Assembly (NCBI GenBank): GCA_951406725.2 | Contig: OX597832.1 | Location: forward strand, 8,122,001 to 8,186,000 | Length of the DNA stretch: 64,000 nt | Origin: Octopus vulgaris | Lineage: Eukaryota | Direction of reading: 5' to 3' | In this document: in pieces, positions 28,570-42,388 of the stretch | Layout: the number at the start of each line of letters is the position of its first letter | Numbering within the stretch: the stretch's first letter is position 1 | Notes under the pieces: model-generated | What the model was told of the DNA's origin: nothing | Databases searched by the model: none | What the model saw: the letters and a program-made list of their open reading frames with translations, nothing else | Position numbers and translations under genes: made by a program

Positions 28570-28580
28570 CCTTCTATATA

Positions 28581-28632
<52 letters not shown>

Positions 28633-28724
28633 GTGTGTGTTTGTGCCTGTGTGTGGTGTGTGTATGTGTGTGTATGCGTGTTTGTGTGTATACATATATA
28701 TATCTATATATATATATGTTTATT

Positions 28725-28764
<40 letters not shown>

Positions 28765-29611
28765 TATATATTCATGTATGTATATATGTACGTATTCAGT
28801 CCTGTAAGATAGAACTGATGTGTGAAACTGGCAGTAGCTAGATTCAAGCTTGAGTGGTTACGTTTAACTTCGATGCATATTAATGGACATTCTGCGCGAA
28901 TGAATTTCATTCCAGTATGAAATTATTGAGTTACATTTTTTTTCTCCTTTATTCACCTCAAAACATTTTCACCCAGGATTTATCATATAAGCAGAAATTC
29001 TCTCTTTCCTCCTTAAATATTAATATGATGCTAAAACAAGTTTATATTTTGAAGAAATTCTACTCCAACTAATTTTCAAATGCGCAGCCTTCTATCAGGA
29101 ATTATATGCCAAACATATGATGGAATTAAATATAGCTAGTTTGAGCAATGGAGTAGTTCGAATTTCTTGTCATAGTTATTTAAAATTATATTTTATAATA
29201 TATGTGTGTACGTGCGCGTTCGGTGTATGTGTGTGTGCGGTTTTTAAGCGTAAATGGATGAATATATTCTCTATGCACCTGCTGTAAAATATCACCCAAA
29301 TATAAGTCACAATCAAGCGAGACAACCCACATCAAGTCCTTTCTTGGTGCGACTTACCAATGTTGTATACCGAACAAGGCCCGCTGCAAGCCATATCGCC
29401 AACCGTGACTTTATACTAAATAATTTCAAATGCGTTCAAAGCAAATAGAGAATATATTCTTTTACACCTAAACACCGCAGTCGACCCACGGACTAAAAAC
29501 ACACAAACCTTGTGTATGTGTGTTCCATTATTTTATATATCTCAAGCTGTTTCTCATTCATATTTTGAATATAGATAGAGAGACAGACAGACAGCAGACA
29601 GACAGACAGAC

Positions 29612-29695
<84 letters not shown>

Positions 29696-30267
29696 GTGTG
29701 CATCATTTATAGCAATACGCGACTTCGTTGAAACAGTCCTTCCCGCAAAGCAAATTAAATAAAATTTGGGTTTTTTTGCGGAGAGTGAAAGTGTTAACAA
29801 TAACAGGAGAATGGGAACAAGACAGTAAAAAGAAACAGTGAGGGATGTTAAGCTAAGACGATAGAAAAATTATTATGATCGCTGGGAGGACGAGCTTATG
29901 AAAGGAGACAGGTATAAGCACGTGTTGCCTTTAGGAACGAAATGGGTAGAAAGATAGATTCCCTTTTGTCACGTGTCAGCGACGAAAGAGTCAAAGAAGA
30001 AGAGTGAGAGAGAGGGAACAGTGAAGGGGAGAAGAATAGAGAAGGGGGGGAGAGGAAACCAGAAAGAATGACGAACCAGAGAGGGAGAGAGATAGACAGA
30101 GGAGAGATAGTAGAGATAGAAAGGTGCGTAATTGTTAAGATAAACTTGGAAATGGATGCGTGGCGTTTAATCATATAATAATACAAATATATTATATAAA
30201 TATAAATATATATATATGCATATATACTTACATATATGTACATACTTACATATATGTATACATACAT

Positions 30268-30373
<106 letters not shown>

Positions 30374-30380
30374 ATATGTT

Positions 30381-30460
30381 ACATTACTCAATAGTCAAGA
30401 TAAAACCCTGAGTTTCAGATGCCGAAGTGGAAATCCACAACACCATCTCTTCGGTTATGT
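30381..30460 (-). ncRNA. Hammerhead-like motif just downstream of an RTE fragment
   Basis: acat aa CCGAAGA gatg...catc t GAAA ctca...tgag TA atgt; U4 mutated, stem I offset by 2 nt. Confidence 0.4.
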
Positions 30461-30479
30461 GGCTATCTTGTTATCTGGT

Positions 30480-30828
30480 CACAGCACGCTGTCCACTCCT
30501 CTCTGGATCGCGCCTTTCTCATCCACGTGATCCCAATCGTCCTTCTGAAATCGTAACTTCACCGTCGTGGAGGTCTTCTGGGTCGTCTTTTCCCATCGCA
30601 CGGGTACCGCTCGACAACTTCGTGCGTCCACCGATTATCGGTGAGCCGGGCGACGTGTCCAGCCCATCTATACTTTCTGCGTGTATACTCTGCGATGACA
30701 TCGCTCACGCAGGACTTCTTTCTGATGAACTCGCTACTGATGTGCTCTCTCAACGAGATACCAGGCATTGACCTTTCCATGGCTCTTTGAGCCCTTACAG
30801 ATACAATCTCCCCAAAACTTTTCACTGC
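30480..30828 (-). mobile_element. RTE LINE 3' fragment in (TA)n
   Basis: [17 protein letters not shown]...[17 protein letters not shown]...[11 protein letters not shown]. Confidence 0.85.
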
Positions 30829-30935
<107 letters not shown>

Positions 30936-30988
30936 TGTATATATATATAGATGTATATATATATATATATGTATGTATATATATATAT

Positions 30989-31036
<48 letters not shown>

Positions 31037-31167
31037 ATATGTACATATATGTATATATATATATATATATATATGTATATACATATATGTATATATGTGT
31101 ATATATATATATATATATACATGTATATATATATATGTATATACATGTATATATATATGTATATGTA

Positions 31168-31246
<79 letters not shown>

Positions 31247-31533
31247 GTATATACATTATATGTATATATATACTTATATACTTATATAGTCATACTTATA
31301 TTGGTACAGGACGGCACACAACGTAAACATGAAACACGAAGGCAGACTTGTGCATGCGAACAACGAGAGAAGCAAATGGAAATGAAAACAAGTAACAGAA
31401 TGAACATTTCATCAGTTGTCACGTGTTTATCTACTCCATATTTGGAGCAGTTAACGACATCAGGTTTCTAAAATAGTTGCTCCCGCGAACCCAAATATAA
31501 TTTGGGATTTGCGGTTGTAAAAGCTGGTAATAC

Positions 31534-31574
<41 letters not shown>

Positions 31575-32041
31575 GAATAATTAAAGGGCGGGCAGCAGGC
31601 TGCCTCGCCGCATACCGGAGGAATTAGAAATGGCAGTCAAAGACTGTTTTTTCCATTTTCTATAAGTGGATTTTCCAAATACGACGAACCCTGCGATTCA
31701 CATACGCAAAAAACGGAGTAGCAAATAAACGAAACCAATCTCTTACCGTTAATGATGAACATGTTTCTAGATCACAAGCACGAAAATAGCTTGATTTCCT
31801 TTATCAACACCATATTCGATAGATTTAGCAAATGCCACAGGCCCTCACTTCTGACCAAGCGACATCAGATAGTGGGGGGAGGTGTGCATATGTTAAAACT
31901 AAGTAATGACTGAGAACGTAAATTTTCCCTCCAAAAATTCTGCCGTGTGCGCCGCCTGGCCGATCGCAATGGAATAAGAAGTCCACATGGTAATACAATA
32001 AAAATGGTAAATAATTTTTCAGTGGTTTTTCATATAACCAA

Positions 32042-32079
<38 letters not shown>

Positions 32080-32191
32080 GTATGTATGTATATATATATA
32101 AATATATGCTTATATATATACATATATAAATATAAAGAAATATATATATATATATTATATATGTCCGTATATATATATGTATATGTGTATG

Positions 32192-32229
<38 letters not shown>

Positions 32230-32274
32230 GGTGTGTGTGTATGTGTGGGTATGTATGTACGTATATCTGTATGT

Positions 32275-32475
32275 GCATGTCTGTGTTTGTGTCCTCATCA
32301 TCGCTTGGCAAATGATGTTGCTCTGTTTACGTCCGCGCAACTTAGAGCATTGTCAAAACAGAGCTATAGAATAAGTACGAGGCTTGTAAGCAATAAATCC
32401 TGGGTCAATTTCTTCGACTAAAAGTGCTGCTCCAGCATGGTCGCTGTCACATGACCGAACAAGTAAAACGATACA
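32275..32475 (+). mobile_element. 3' half of microsatellite-containing SINE
   Basis: tagaataagtac...tgctccagcatgg. Confidence 0.7.
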
Positions 32476-32489
32476 AGACTATGCTATTT

Positions 32490-32519
32490 TAACCGCGAGA
32501 AGCACTGGGCATCTCTGCT

Positions 32520-32523
<4 letters not shown>
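32490..32523 (+). mobile_element. Possible Helitron 3' terminus
   Basis: Degenerate ccgcgagaagcactggg hairpin followed by CTGG|T (CTRR). Confidence 0.3.
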
Positions 32524-32562
<39 letters not shown>

Positions 32563-32566
<4 letters not shown>

Positions 32567-32737
32567 TTATAGAATGAGCTTACAGGACTAGAACAGATGA
32601 CTAGAACTTCCTGAAGATTTCATCTGAATGAAACAGTCCTAGTCCTGTAGAAGCTCCTTCTATAAAATAAATTACTTTACTCTGCTATGTATTGAGTACC
32701 TTATTTACTGTGGTTAACCCCGACTCAACCAGGGACC

Positions 32738-32740
<3 letters not shown>
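32563..32740 (+). mobile_element. Short PLE-like element of the giant-palindrome family, with ~30 bp inverted 5' end
   Basis: 32605-32740 is the reverse complement of 23725-23860 with substitutions; 32563-32594 is an inverted copy of ~32634-32670; (TA)n on both sides. Confidence 0.85.
32607..32653 (+). ncRNA. Type I hammerhead ribozyme
   Basis: cttc CTGAAGA t ttc atct gaa t GAAA cag tcctagtc ctg TA gaag; differences from 28519 fall mostly in loops. Confidence 0.8.
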
Positions 32741-32782
<42 letters not shown>

Positions 32783-33163
32783 TTAAATTAGAATGGACAA
32801 TCTTTCAGCAGTTTCGGCACAGCTGAACCATCTTTCGACGATCGCTTAGAGGGCCGAAACTTCGAAATGACTGCCATTAACATTCTGGTTTAAGAATAAT
32901 AAACATGTACTGCGCAAATGCATAGAGTAACGGATCAAATTTATGAAAAATTGTTTTTTATTCGAGAGGGAGCGTGAGAGAGAGAGAGAGAGGGGTGAGA
33001 GAGATAGAGACAGAGGGGGAGAGACAGAGACAGAGACGGAGAGAGACAAAGAGAGGAAGACACACAGAAATAGGGAGAGAGAGTGATAGATGGATAGATA
33101 GACAGAACATATAAACATATATGTGTAGATAAATAGAGAAAGAGAGATAGACAAATAGCCAGA

Positions 33164-33204
<41 letters not shown>

Positions 33205-33246
33205 GACAGAGAGAGAGAGAGAGGGAGAGAGAGAGGGAGATAGATA

Positions 33247-33400
33247 AGTTTCTTTATTGGCCACACAGGGCTGCACACAGATGGGACAAGTTACAAGGTA
33301 GAGCTTTTCTTTTGGGGGATGAAAAAAACAAAAAACAAAAGAAACAAAAAAAAGGTGGCGTAGGTTTTCGATTAAAAGGGATCGTGAAAGGGAAAAAGAA
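33247..33400 (-). mobile_element. LINE-like 3' tail inserted in (GATA)n
   Basis: Near-identical to 38151-38252 in opposite orientation; AATAAA then (ATCT)n. Confidence 0.75.
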
Positions 33401-34058
33401 GAACAAAAAAAGATAGATAGATAGATAGGTAGATAGATGAAAGTTTTCTGTTTATGCATGCTAATTCTCATTCAGGCATGCACTCAGGGAAACGGGGTCA
33501 CAAACACATTTATACATTTATACATTTATCTATCGATGCACCTATCAGCCTATTGTCCAAATGCAAAACATTTTCAATGAAACTGGAAACAGGAATTGGA
33601 AAAGTTAACATAGATATTTAAATAAGCAACTACATATTCATAGCAATGGAAATGCAAAACGTAAGTGTATTTTAAGTATCTGCGCAGTAACATATTTAGC
33701 ATTTCCATAAATCTCCTATAATAATGGGAAAACATTAATAACTCGGAGGATATCATCTTCCTAGTATCCCATTTACATGAAAGCTTTAGCTCTCAGAACT
33801 CAGTAACCTATCTTAAACGCATAGGCAAAAGTGAAATATAAAGCAGATATGTAATAAAATTTTACAATCAAATGTAGTATAATTAATTAGCTTGGAGCTG
33901 AAATTATTGTACATAAATACATCAATAAAATTATATTTTATATAATTATTTTTTTAGCTTTTTGATATGCATGTAGGAATTAATGAACATTACGCATTTA
34001 CATTATGTGCGTTTGTCATTTGTATCATATTTATATCTAGATGTAATGCCATATATAC

Positions 34059-34116
<58 letters not shown>

Positions 34117-34131
34117 ATGTGTGTGTATGTA

Positions 34132-34189
<58 letters not shown>

Positions 34190-34192
34190 TAC

Positions 34193-34425
34193 AAGGCGGC
34201 AAGCTGGCAGAAACGTTAGCACGCCGGGCGAAATGCTTAGTGGTATTTCGTCTGCTGTTACGTTCTGAGTTCAAATTCCGCCGAGGTCGACTTTACCTTT
34301 CATCTTTTCGGGGTCGATAGATTAAGTACCAGTTACGCACTGGGATCGATGTAATCGACTTAATCCGTTTGTCTTTCCTTGTTTGTCCCCTCTATGTTTA
34401 GCCCCATGTGGGCAATAAAGAAATA
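34193..34425 (+). mobile_element. Meta-core SINE, tail A
   Basis: Full head, core and tail. Confidence 0.9.
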
Positions 34426-34749
34426 TATATATATATATATGTATATACATACATACATACATATATACGTACATATAATACGATAAACACACAAACACGC
34501 ACATATATAGATATATACATATATACACATAAAACACATACGTATGCATACGTGTGCACAGCACATACATATATCTGTACATATGTATTGTGTATTTTCA
34601 TATATGCCCATATCTAAACAAATATGTAATATATTCTATTTTATGCACACACATATATCTGTTTGTGTGTGTGTGTGATTATATGTCTATGTCTGTATGT
34701 GTGAGTGTGTGTGTGCGTGTAAAACAGAGTGTATCATTTACTTCTTAGG

Positions 34750-35640
34750 ATATAAATCCTTCACTCATCTGTGTCAAGGATGACTATCATGCCATGGCCC
34801 TTCTGCTTTTTCGAAGTAGTTCTACAGACATAGATCATCTTCCTATCACGTTCTCCCCGTGTTTTGTCCTACAGAAATGCGTAGTCCTTCTCATTTTCCA
34901 AATCCTAATTTCTGACCCGCCAACCGCTCTCATGTTCAACGCATCACTTTAACTCGACTTCAGAAAAGATAGTAACGAAGTCTTGATCAAAAGCTTCATA
35001 GCGCAAGCCGCCAAAAATCAAAATCTGTATAATGTGCCCATCGGAGCTTCAACTGCTGTCTCTGCATGAACAACATTACAACCATAACCAGCCTTACGTT
35101 ACAGATTCACACGCAGCAAAATATCTGCAGCACAAATACGAACCTTATATACAGTAGTAGCCTTTGAAATAAAGAGTCATTCCGTATCAATTTATCTCCG
35201 CACTTAATAGTTCTGCACTTGCAAGGAAAGGAATGAAATGCGAAACCATGACAACGAAGGGTTTAAACGAATGCCTTTATTTCTACTCCTTTAACCGCTT
35301 CTAATGCAGAAGTCACAGCTTCACCCTTTAGATCTCTTCGTTTTATTTTTTCTTTCATATTTGCCGTGCTAGCTTCCCTTCCTATATTTTAAACAATTTT
35401 CTTCTCCCACCTTATCTAGTTTCGCTCACTTTTAAATTCTCTAACACCTATGCACTTATGCACCCTCCCGTTCCTTTTGAGTTCAATTAGTTGCATCCAG
35501 TAGCTCTAGCATACAGAAAACAACTTTCTCTCTTATCCGTATTCCCTCAACATCTTCCCTCTGATGACACATGCTGCTCGGGACATAGCGTCGGAATGTC
35601 CTGTACACAAGCCACGATTAGTTTATTTTTTTGGCCACTT
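34750..35640 (-). pseudogene. Decayed RTE-like LINE
   Basis: Minus-strand remnants (VYKVRICAADIL, RLAGQKLG) loosely resembling the RTE post-RT region. Confidence 0.4.
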
Positions 35641-35724
35641 CTTCCAAATAATAAATATTTTGTGAAAATAGACCAAATTCATTGAATTTTTTTAACGTAC
35701 ATACATACATAGGAATCTAATTAA

Positions 35725-35820
<96 letters not shown>

Positions 35821-35822
<2 letters not shown>

Positions 35823-36321
35823 GGTGGGATAAGAAAGGTTTAATCCCAAACCAAACGATAACAAAGGAGATCTGCTACGTGAAGCTTAAGCGGTTTAAGT
35901 CAGTTCTAGAGGAAAAACGATCATTTTCGATTTCAAAAGGAAATGTATTCTTCCATCAGGATAATGCTCTTCTACATACAGCGAGAATGACATTCCAAAG
36001 GCTGGAGCAGTTTGAATGAGAAGCCCACCATATTCGCCGGGCATTGCCCCAACTGATTATCATTTATTCCACAGTCTTCAAAATCATTTGGACGGAAAAA
36101 ATATGAATTATGTAGACGAGGTCAGAACAGTACTGGAGTTATTGTTCGTCACGGACAAGTGAATTTTGGAAAATCGACCTTGTAAGTCTACCAGATTGAT
36201 GAAAGAGCATTGTAGAAAATGGAGAGCATATTTTAGATTAAAAAAGAACTTGGTTTCTCTTAATTTTGAAAAAAAGTAAAAACTTGTAAAAATACCGCAT
36301 TTTTTATGGGATGAGCCAACA
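35821..36321 (+). mobile_element. mariner transposase C-terminal fragment and right end
   Basis: FFHQDNALLHTAR...PPYSPGIAPTDYHLFHSLQNHLDGK, matching the YSPDLAPSDY motif. Confidence 0.9.
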
Positions 36322-36529
36322 CCCACCCACACTCACACACAGATAAATAAATAATTAAATATATATGCATGTAGTTATATTTAACACGTTCGTGTGCAGA
36401 AAAATATGGAAAGACGTTAGTGCGAATATGTCTCGGGCACACACTGACATATATGTGCACAGACACAAACTCACACATGAGCACGCATGCGCGCGCCCAG
36501 CACTAGGCTGCGAATGATGTTATCAGACG

Positions 36530-37150
36530 ATTAGGATGCATATTCCTGCGTCATTACACTCTGTTACTTATAGCTTAAACAGAACAAACGTTCCTATGTT
36601 TTAAACAGCAAATATCAAATTTCTGTGCACAGCGCTTTGTCAAACTGGAATAAATTAATCAAATGTGTACTGATCAGCTATGTTTTAAGTATTTCAGTTA
36701 TCAAAGCTTTGAGCGCCTCTAATCAGAGATGATTTTGATTACTTGGACACTTCGTATCTAGGCAAGCAAAAATGTTTTACTTTAGTCGTTCTGGTTGCAC
36801 GAAATCTGTTGCAAAATTTTGTGTTTTGCCCTCTTCTTCGCTTATAGCTCCGTTTGAGCCCAAAATGAAAAGGAGGCACTGTTGAAGTCAAGCAGATTAA
36901 TAGAAATATTCGCAGTTTGATGCTGGTGTTGAAATTGGTTTGATATCAAGCATCTTTGATTTTAAAATGCCCATAATGAAGAGCAGCGATCACAATGTGG
37001 CTTTGCATCACCAGTAGGTCAATACAAGAACACCGTTCATTTATCTTCAATAACGCTTCATGCGCTGCCAGTCGCTCTGTTTCCTGTGATATAAACCGCC
37101 TAGTTTTATTGCGGTCCGGATTCTTGCTAAGGTTGAATGACTTAAGATAT
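36530..37150 (-). pseudogene. Possible hAT (Charlie/GTF2IRD2-like) relic
   Basis: Broken frame EDK*TVFLY*PTGDAKPHCDRC resembles the N-terminal BED finger. Confidence 0.35.
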
Positions 37151-37722
37151 TAGTTGTGCTACCGATGATATGTTGATTCCTCAGTTGGGAATGCATTAGC
37201 ACTGCATAATATTAGTCTCTGTTTATGTATTTATACTAACACTGCTTCAAACACACCGACAAACACGTTCTCGAGCGCATACACATTCAATAACAGAAAG
37301 GCGTACACACATACGTGTATCCTGTAGCAGAGTTATATATGAAAAAGTTGTGTGTGTGTGTGTAAGTATGTGTGCATATGTGTGTGTTTCCAGTCCCTAT
37401 AAGAAAACAAACAACTGAAAACAGAGCGGTTCTTGCCATGTTTCGAACTCTCTATCGTCAATCGTAACGTTTCTGTCAGTGAAAATACAAGTGTTAACTC
37501 TAAAGATTCTCACAACATAATATTTACATCTCTAAGTAAGAAACACGTCTTCTTTTCTCATGCCGTCAGTTGCTTAATCGTATGATTTCGTAATACATTC
37601 AACCAACCAATCGGCGCCGCTTAGATTGCATCCGTGCATATCACGTAAATGTAAAATGACACTACTCTATATCAACTCTTGCATGAGTTGCATGATTCTT
37701 TCTCTATCGCTGTCTTTGTGTA

Positions 37723-37776
<54 letters not shown>

Positions 37777-38045
37777 CACACATACACGCGCACACACACT
37801 CACAAATGCTCACACAAATATAATCAAATATATGCATGTATGCATATATATAAATGTGTGTGCGTGTGTGTGTATAACGGTTATCCCTGTACAAACTCAT
37901 AGACAGGTATGCATAAACGCATGTATATATGTATACGTATACGTTACCTACGTACACACAACTGTATGTATGCTTGTATACATGCATGCACATGTATGTA
38001 TATCTATCTATATTTATCTGTCTATCTGTCTGCCCATCTATTTAT

Positions 38046-38111
<66 letters not shown>

Positions 38112-38122
38112 GTCTGTCTATA

Positions 38123-38150
<28 letters not shown>

Positions 38151-38153
<3 letters not shown>

Positions 38154-38251
38154 TTTTTCTTTTGTTTTTTGTTTTTTCATCCCCCAAAAGAAAAGCTCTA
38201 CCTTGTAACTTGTCCCATCTGTGTGCAGCCCTGTGTGGCCAATAAAGAAAC

Positions 38252-38252
<1 letters not shown>
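38151..38252 (+). mobile_element. LINE-like 3' tail inserted in (CTAT)n
   Basis: ccttgtaacttgtcccatctgtgtgcagccctgtgtggccaataaagaaact. Confidence 0.75.
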
Positions 38253-38318
<66 letters not shown>

Positions 38319-38799
38319 ACTATCTATTTGCATATGCACATACATCTGTTTTTTTCTGTGTATGTGTGTATACAGATTTATCTGAGGCTCTTATGGTAAA
38401 TAGATAAACAGAGCTGATTGAAAACTATATCAATAAATATACATAGTACGCAATATCTTCCTCTTAACGTCAATTCGTACAAACACGGACACTTAAAAAA
38501 CAACCCGGAGAAAACATCGAATGTGAATTAATTATAAAGTTCATCTTCAGTGCGACTGTTTAATATCGAGAGGCTACGTAAAGGATACATAGAGACGCAT
38601 GTAGAAAGTGTCTGGATACATCTGTTTGTTGGTCGTATATGATAAGTTGTAATATATTAAAGTGAAAAAATGGGACAAATAAAATATGAATCATAAAAGC
38701 GTCTATACAAATGTCTGCTTTGTAATGTAAATCGTTACAATTTCATCAATCACACAGCCCACATTTGTGTACCTTAATACTAATAATGGTGAATAAAGC

Positions 38800-38833
38800 A
38801 ATGATGAAAATAATAATAATAATAATAATAATG

Positions 38834-38911
<78 letters not shown>

Positions 38912-38938
38912 GTAATAATAATAATAGTAATAATAATA

Positions 38939-38992
<54 letters not shown>

Positions 38993-39037
38993 GTAATAAT
39001 AATAATAATAATAATAGTGATGATAATAATGATGATG

Positions 39038-39074
<37 letters not shown>

Positions 39075-39093
39075 CAACAACAACAACAACAAC

Positions 39094-39158
<65 letters not shown>

Positions 39159-39440
39159 CAATAATAATAATCATCATCATCATCATCATCAGAAGAAGAA
39201 ATATATAAAAAGTGTTTGATATTTTTTTCCCCAGAAAATATGAATCTGTGTTTCAAAGATACTTAAAGCGTTTAATGTTTTGAAAGAAATTATTGGTAAG
39301 AATGGAACTACCAGAATGGCGTCCACCACGTTCACTAGTAACACCACACACAACACACACACCAACAGAACCATCATTTCTATCAATAACAGCATCACCA
39401 CCACCACCACCACCATGAAAGGAGCTGCTGCTGCTGCATG

Positions 39441-39496
<56 letters not shown>

Positions 39497-39637
39497 GTAC
39501 TGCTGCTGCTGCTACTACTGCTAACACTACTATTACTGCTGCTGATGATACTACTACTACTAATACTATTACTGCTACTGCTACTACTACTGCTGCTGCT
39601 GCTACTACTACTACTACTACTATTACTGCTGCTGCTG

Positions 39638-39670
<33 letters not shown>

Positions 39671-39802
39671 ATACTATTACTACTATTACTACTGCTGCTG
39701 TTACTACTACTAATACTACTAATATTACTACTACTGCAGCTGCTGCCACTACTACTACTAGTAATAATAATAATAATAATATTACTACGACTACTACTAC
39801 TA

Positions 39803-39841
<39 letters not shown>

Positions 39842-39848
39842 GTACTAC

Positions 39849-39913
<65 letters not shown>

Positions 39914-39925
39914 TTCTGCTTTTGG
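38800..39925. repeat. Compound trinucleotide arrays (AAT/AAC/CAT, then ACT/GCT)
   Basis: Direct reading. Confidence 0.95.
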
Positions 39926-40227
39926 CTGCTTAATATTACAATTTTATTTTCTGTAATCTATGTTTAATACTAAGTACTATAAAACGCAGGAATATTTACG
40001 ACGCCAGGCTTTATGCTTATCGGCACTTCGTCCGTCCTAACGTTCCGAAGGGATTGGTTTGGCTTTCCATCCTCCCGGTGTTGATAGCGTAAGTACCAGT
40101 TGAACCAGTTGAGCGATGTAATCGACTTATTCTCACCAACTCCGAAACTGCTGGCCTTGTTTTAAAATAGGAAAACAATATCACCTGATATATTCTGTTT
40201 TTAATATCTGCATATTGGTCTGTGAAT

Positions 40228-40548
40228 GAAGGTGCGTGGCTTAGTGGTTAGGGCATTCGGCTCACGATTGTAAGGTCGCGAGCTCAATTCCCGGCGACGC
40301 GTTGTGTCCTTGAGCAAGACACTTTATTTCACGTTGCTCCAGTCCACTCAGCTGGCAAACATGAGTCGTACCTGTGTTTCAAAGGACCGGCCTTGATACA
40401 CTCTGTATCACGCTGAATCTCCCTGAGAACTATGTTAGGGGTACTCGCGTCTGTGGATTGCTCAGCCACTTGCAAGTTAATTTCACGAGCAAGCTGTTCC
40501 GTTGATCGTATCAGCTGGAACCTTCGTCGTTGTAACCAACAGAGTGCA
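40228..40548 (+). mobile_element. tRNA-derived SINE resembling octopus OR-type
   Basis: A-box tggcttagtgg, B-box-like gctcaattccc, tgtgtccttgagcaagacac; 3' half shared with 48415-48797. Confidence 0.85.
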
Positions 40549-41499
40549 GGAGGATTAGTCTGTGAGCCGGCTGACAAAATGGTCAACGTATAGCACAAAA
40601 CTTTTAGCGCATTTTCCCGACAATTTACGTTCTGCTTTCATGTCCCGCAGAAGTAAACTTTGCTTGTTATCCTATAAAAATGGTAAAACTTTAAATGGAA
40701 TAACATTTTTCAAATATAGGTAATTGTTTTTTGAAATGGTATCGTCATTGTTTACCAGCGAAATTAGATAGTGTTGTGATTGAAAGTTTTGACGTTGATA
40801 CCATTTTTTGCTGTCATCTCCAACCAAAGAATGCTGCAGGTGATTTTATTTTAACAAAATAACAGCCACAGCAAAAGCAATAAACACGACAAAGACAATA
40901 GCAGCAACGGGAACAGCGAGGTTTCCAACAAAGACGCTTGCAGGTTTATTCGAGGAAAGTGCATTGTAACGCCTCCACTATAGCAACAAACCGTAGCATC
41001 ACAAGCAAGACCTCCATAGTTAAGTCAACAACGGCAGTAACAACAATGAAAGTAATAAGAGCAGTAGTGTTGAAAGTACAAAATAAAGTAAAAGTAATTT
41101 TTTTTACTACTATTTTAAAGTTTTTCGACATAATCTCATTCAACACAAATCACGAACAATTGGAAGAGGCGGAGAAAGTCATGAACAAACTTGAAAAGAT
41201 AAACTTTACGCTCAATATACCGTAACACATTTTAGAACCAAAAGAACGGAAAACAATTCTGTAAAGATACGTAATAACAAAAATACATAACTCTCTACCT
41301 AAACCTCCATGCCTAATTTTGTTTAAAATACATATGGGACATGTCAATAATTTCGGATATATTCTAGTTCTTTTCCACTCGGATTTCTTAAACTCGAAGC
41401 GTTTCCTATCGTTCAAAGAAGAACTGAAGATTTATGCACTGATACCAATTTATCTGGGATACTTTGCAGAAATAATAAGTCTGACATTGCTAAGGAAGC

Positions 41500-41918
41500 A
41501 CATTCCTTTTTCGGGATAAAATTTTGGGTGAGGGGACTATTCGCTCATACCGATCCCACATGGCATTTCATTTATAGACCCCAAAAGGTTGAAGTACAAA
41601 GTCGACCTCGGCGGAATTTGAAATCAGAACGTAAAGACTGATGAAATATCACGAAACATTTTGTCCGGCATGCAAACGATTCTGCCATTTCACCTCATTC
41701 ATAGTAATAGTAACAGCTTCAAATTTTGGCACAAGGCCTGCGATTTCGGGACAGGAGTGAGTAGATTACACAAATCCCCAGTGCTCAACTGCTACTTATC
41801 TTATCGACCCCGAAATGATGGAAAGCAAAGTCGATCACGAAAGAATTCGAACTCAGAATGTATGGACGGAAAAAATACTGCTAAACATGTACTAAAGATT
41901 TTCCCGGCTCGCCACCTT

Positions 41919-41920
<2 letters not shown>
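41500..41920 (-). mobile_element. Two Meta-core SINEs
   Basis: caaagtcgacctcggcggaatttgaa motifs. Confidence 0.75.
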
Positions 41921-41966
<46 letters not shown>

Positions 41967-42245
41967 AACAACAACAACAGCAATGAATGACATCAATACA
42001 ACGATAAAATTTCAGCGAACAAGAAGAGCAAAATCTCTGATATAGCTAAAACGAAAATAGAATTCCTGTTATATCGAATCTATTGAGTGTATACAGTGTA
42101 CTTTGGAATATTGGCGCCATATTTACTTGGAGGGAACATCAATGAACAAAAGAGAGATAGGTGATGTACAGGTATGAAATGGAATGAATGTTTATAAGAA
42201 TATAGATCTTCATATATTGTCACTCAAGTGCGTGCGTGTATATAT

Positions 42246-42320
<75 letters not shown>

Positions 42321-42331
42321 CAGAGTGATAG

Positions 42332-42388
<57 letters not shown>

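Larger units (their letters stand above)
23725..28586. mobile_element. Giant palindromic non-autonomous PLE-like element inside (TA)n
   Basis: Arms ~23794-26075 and ~26305-28586 are reverse complements (mirror ORFs 24826+ and 27561-); 70 bp extra tail on the left; hammerhead near each outer end. Confidence 0.9.

Noticed and set aside
31571-32043. TA-flanked element with possible terminal inverted repeats
   Set aside because: Inverted similarity too weak to assign a class
32810-32865. agtttcggc/gccgaaact inverted pair resembling decayed HHRs
   Set aside because: Only 9 bp arms and cores too degenerate
39280-39933. Thr-rich mucin-like ORF
   Set aside because: ACT/GCT array open in several frames; no splice or signal-peptide support
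40228-40310. tRNA gene
   Set aside because: SINE head continuing into a body shared with 48415-48797
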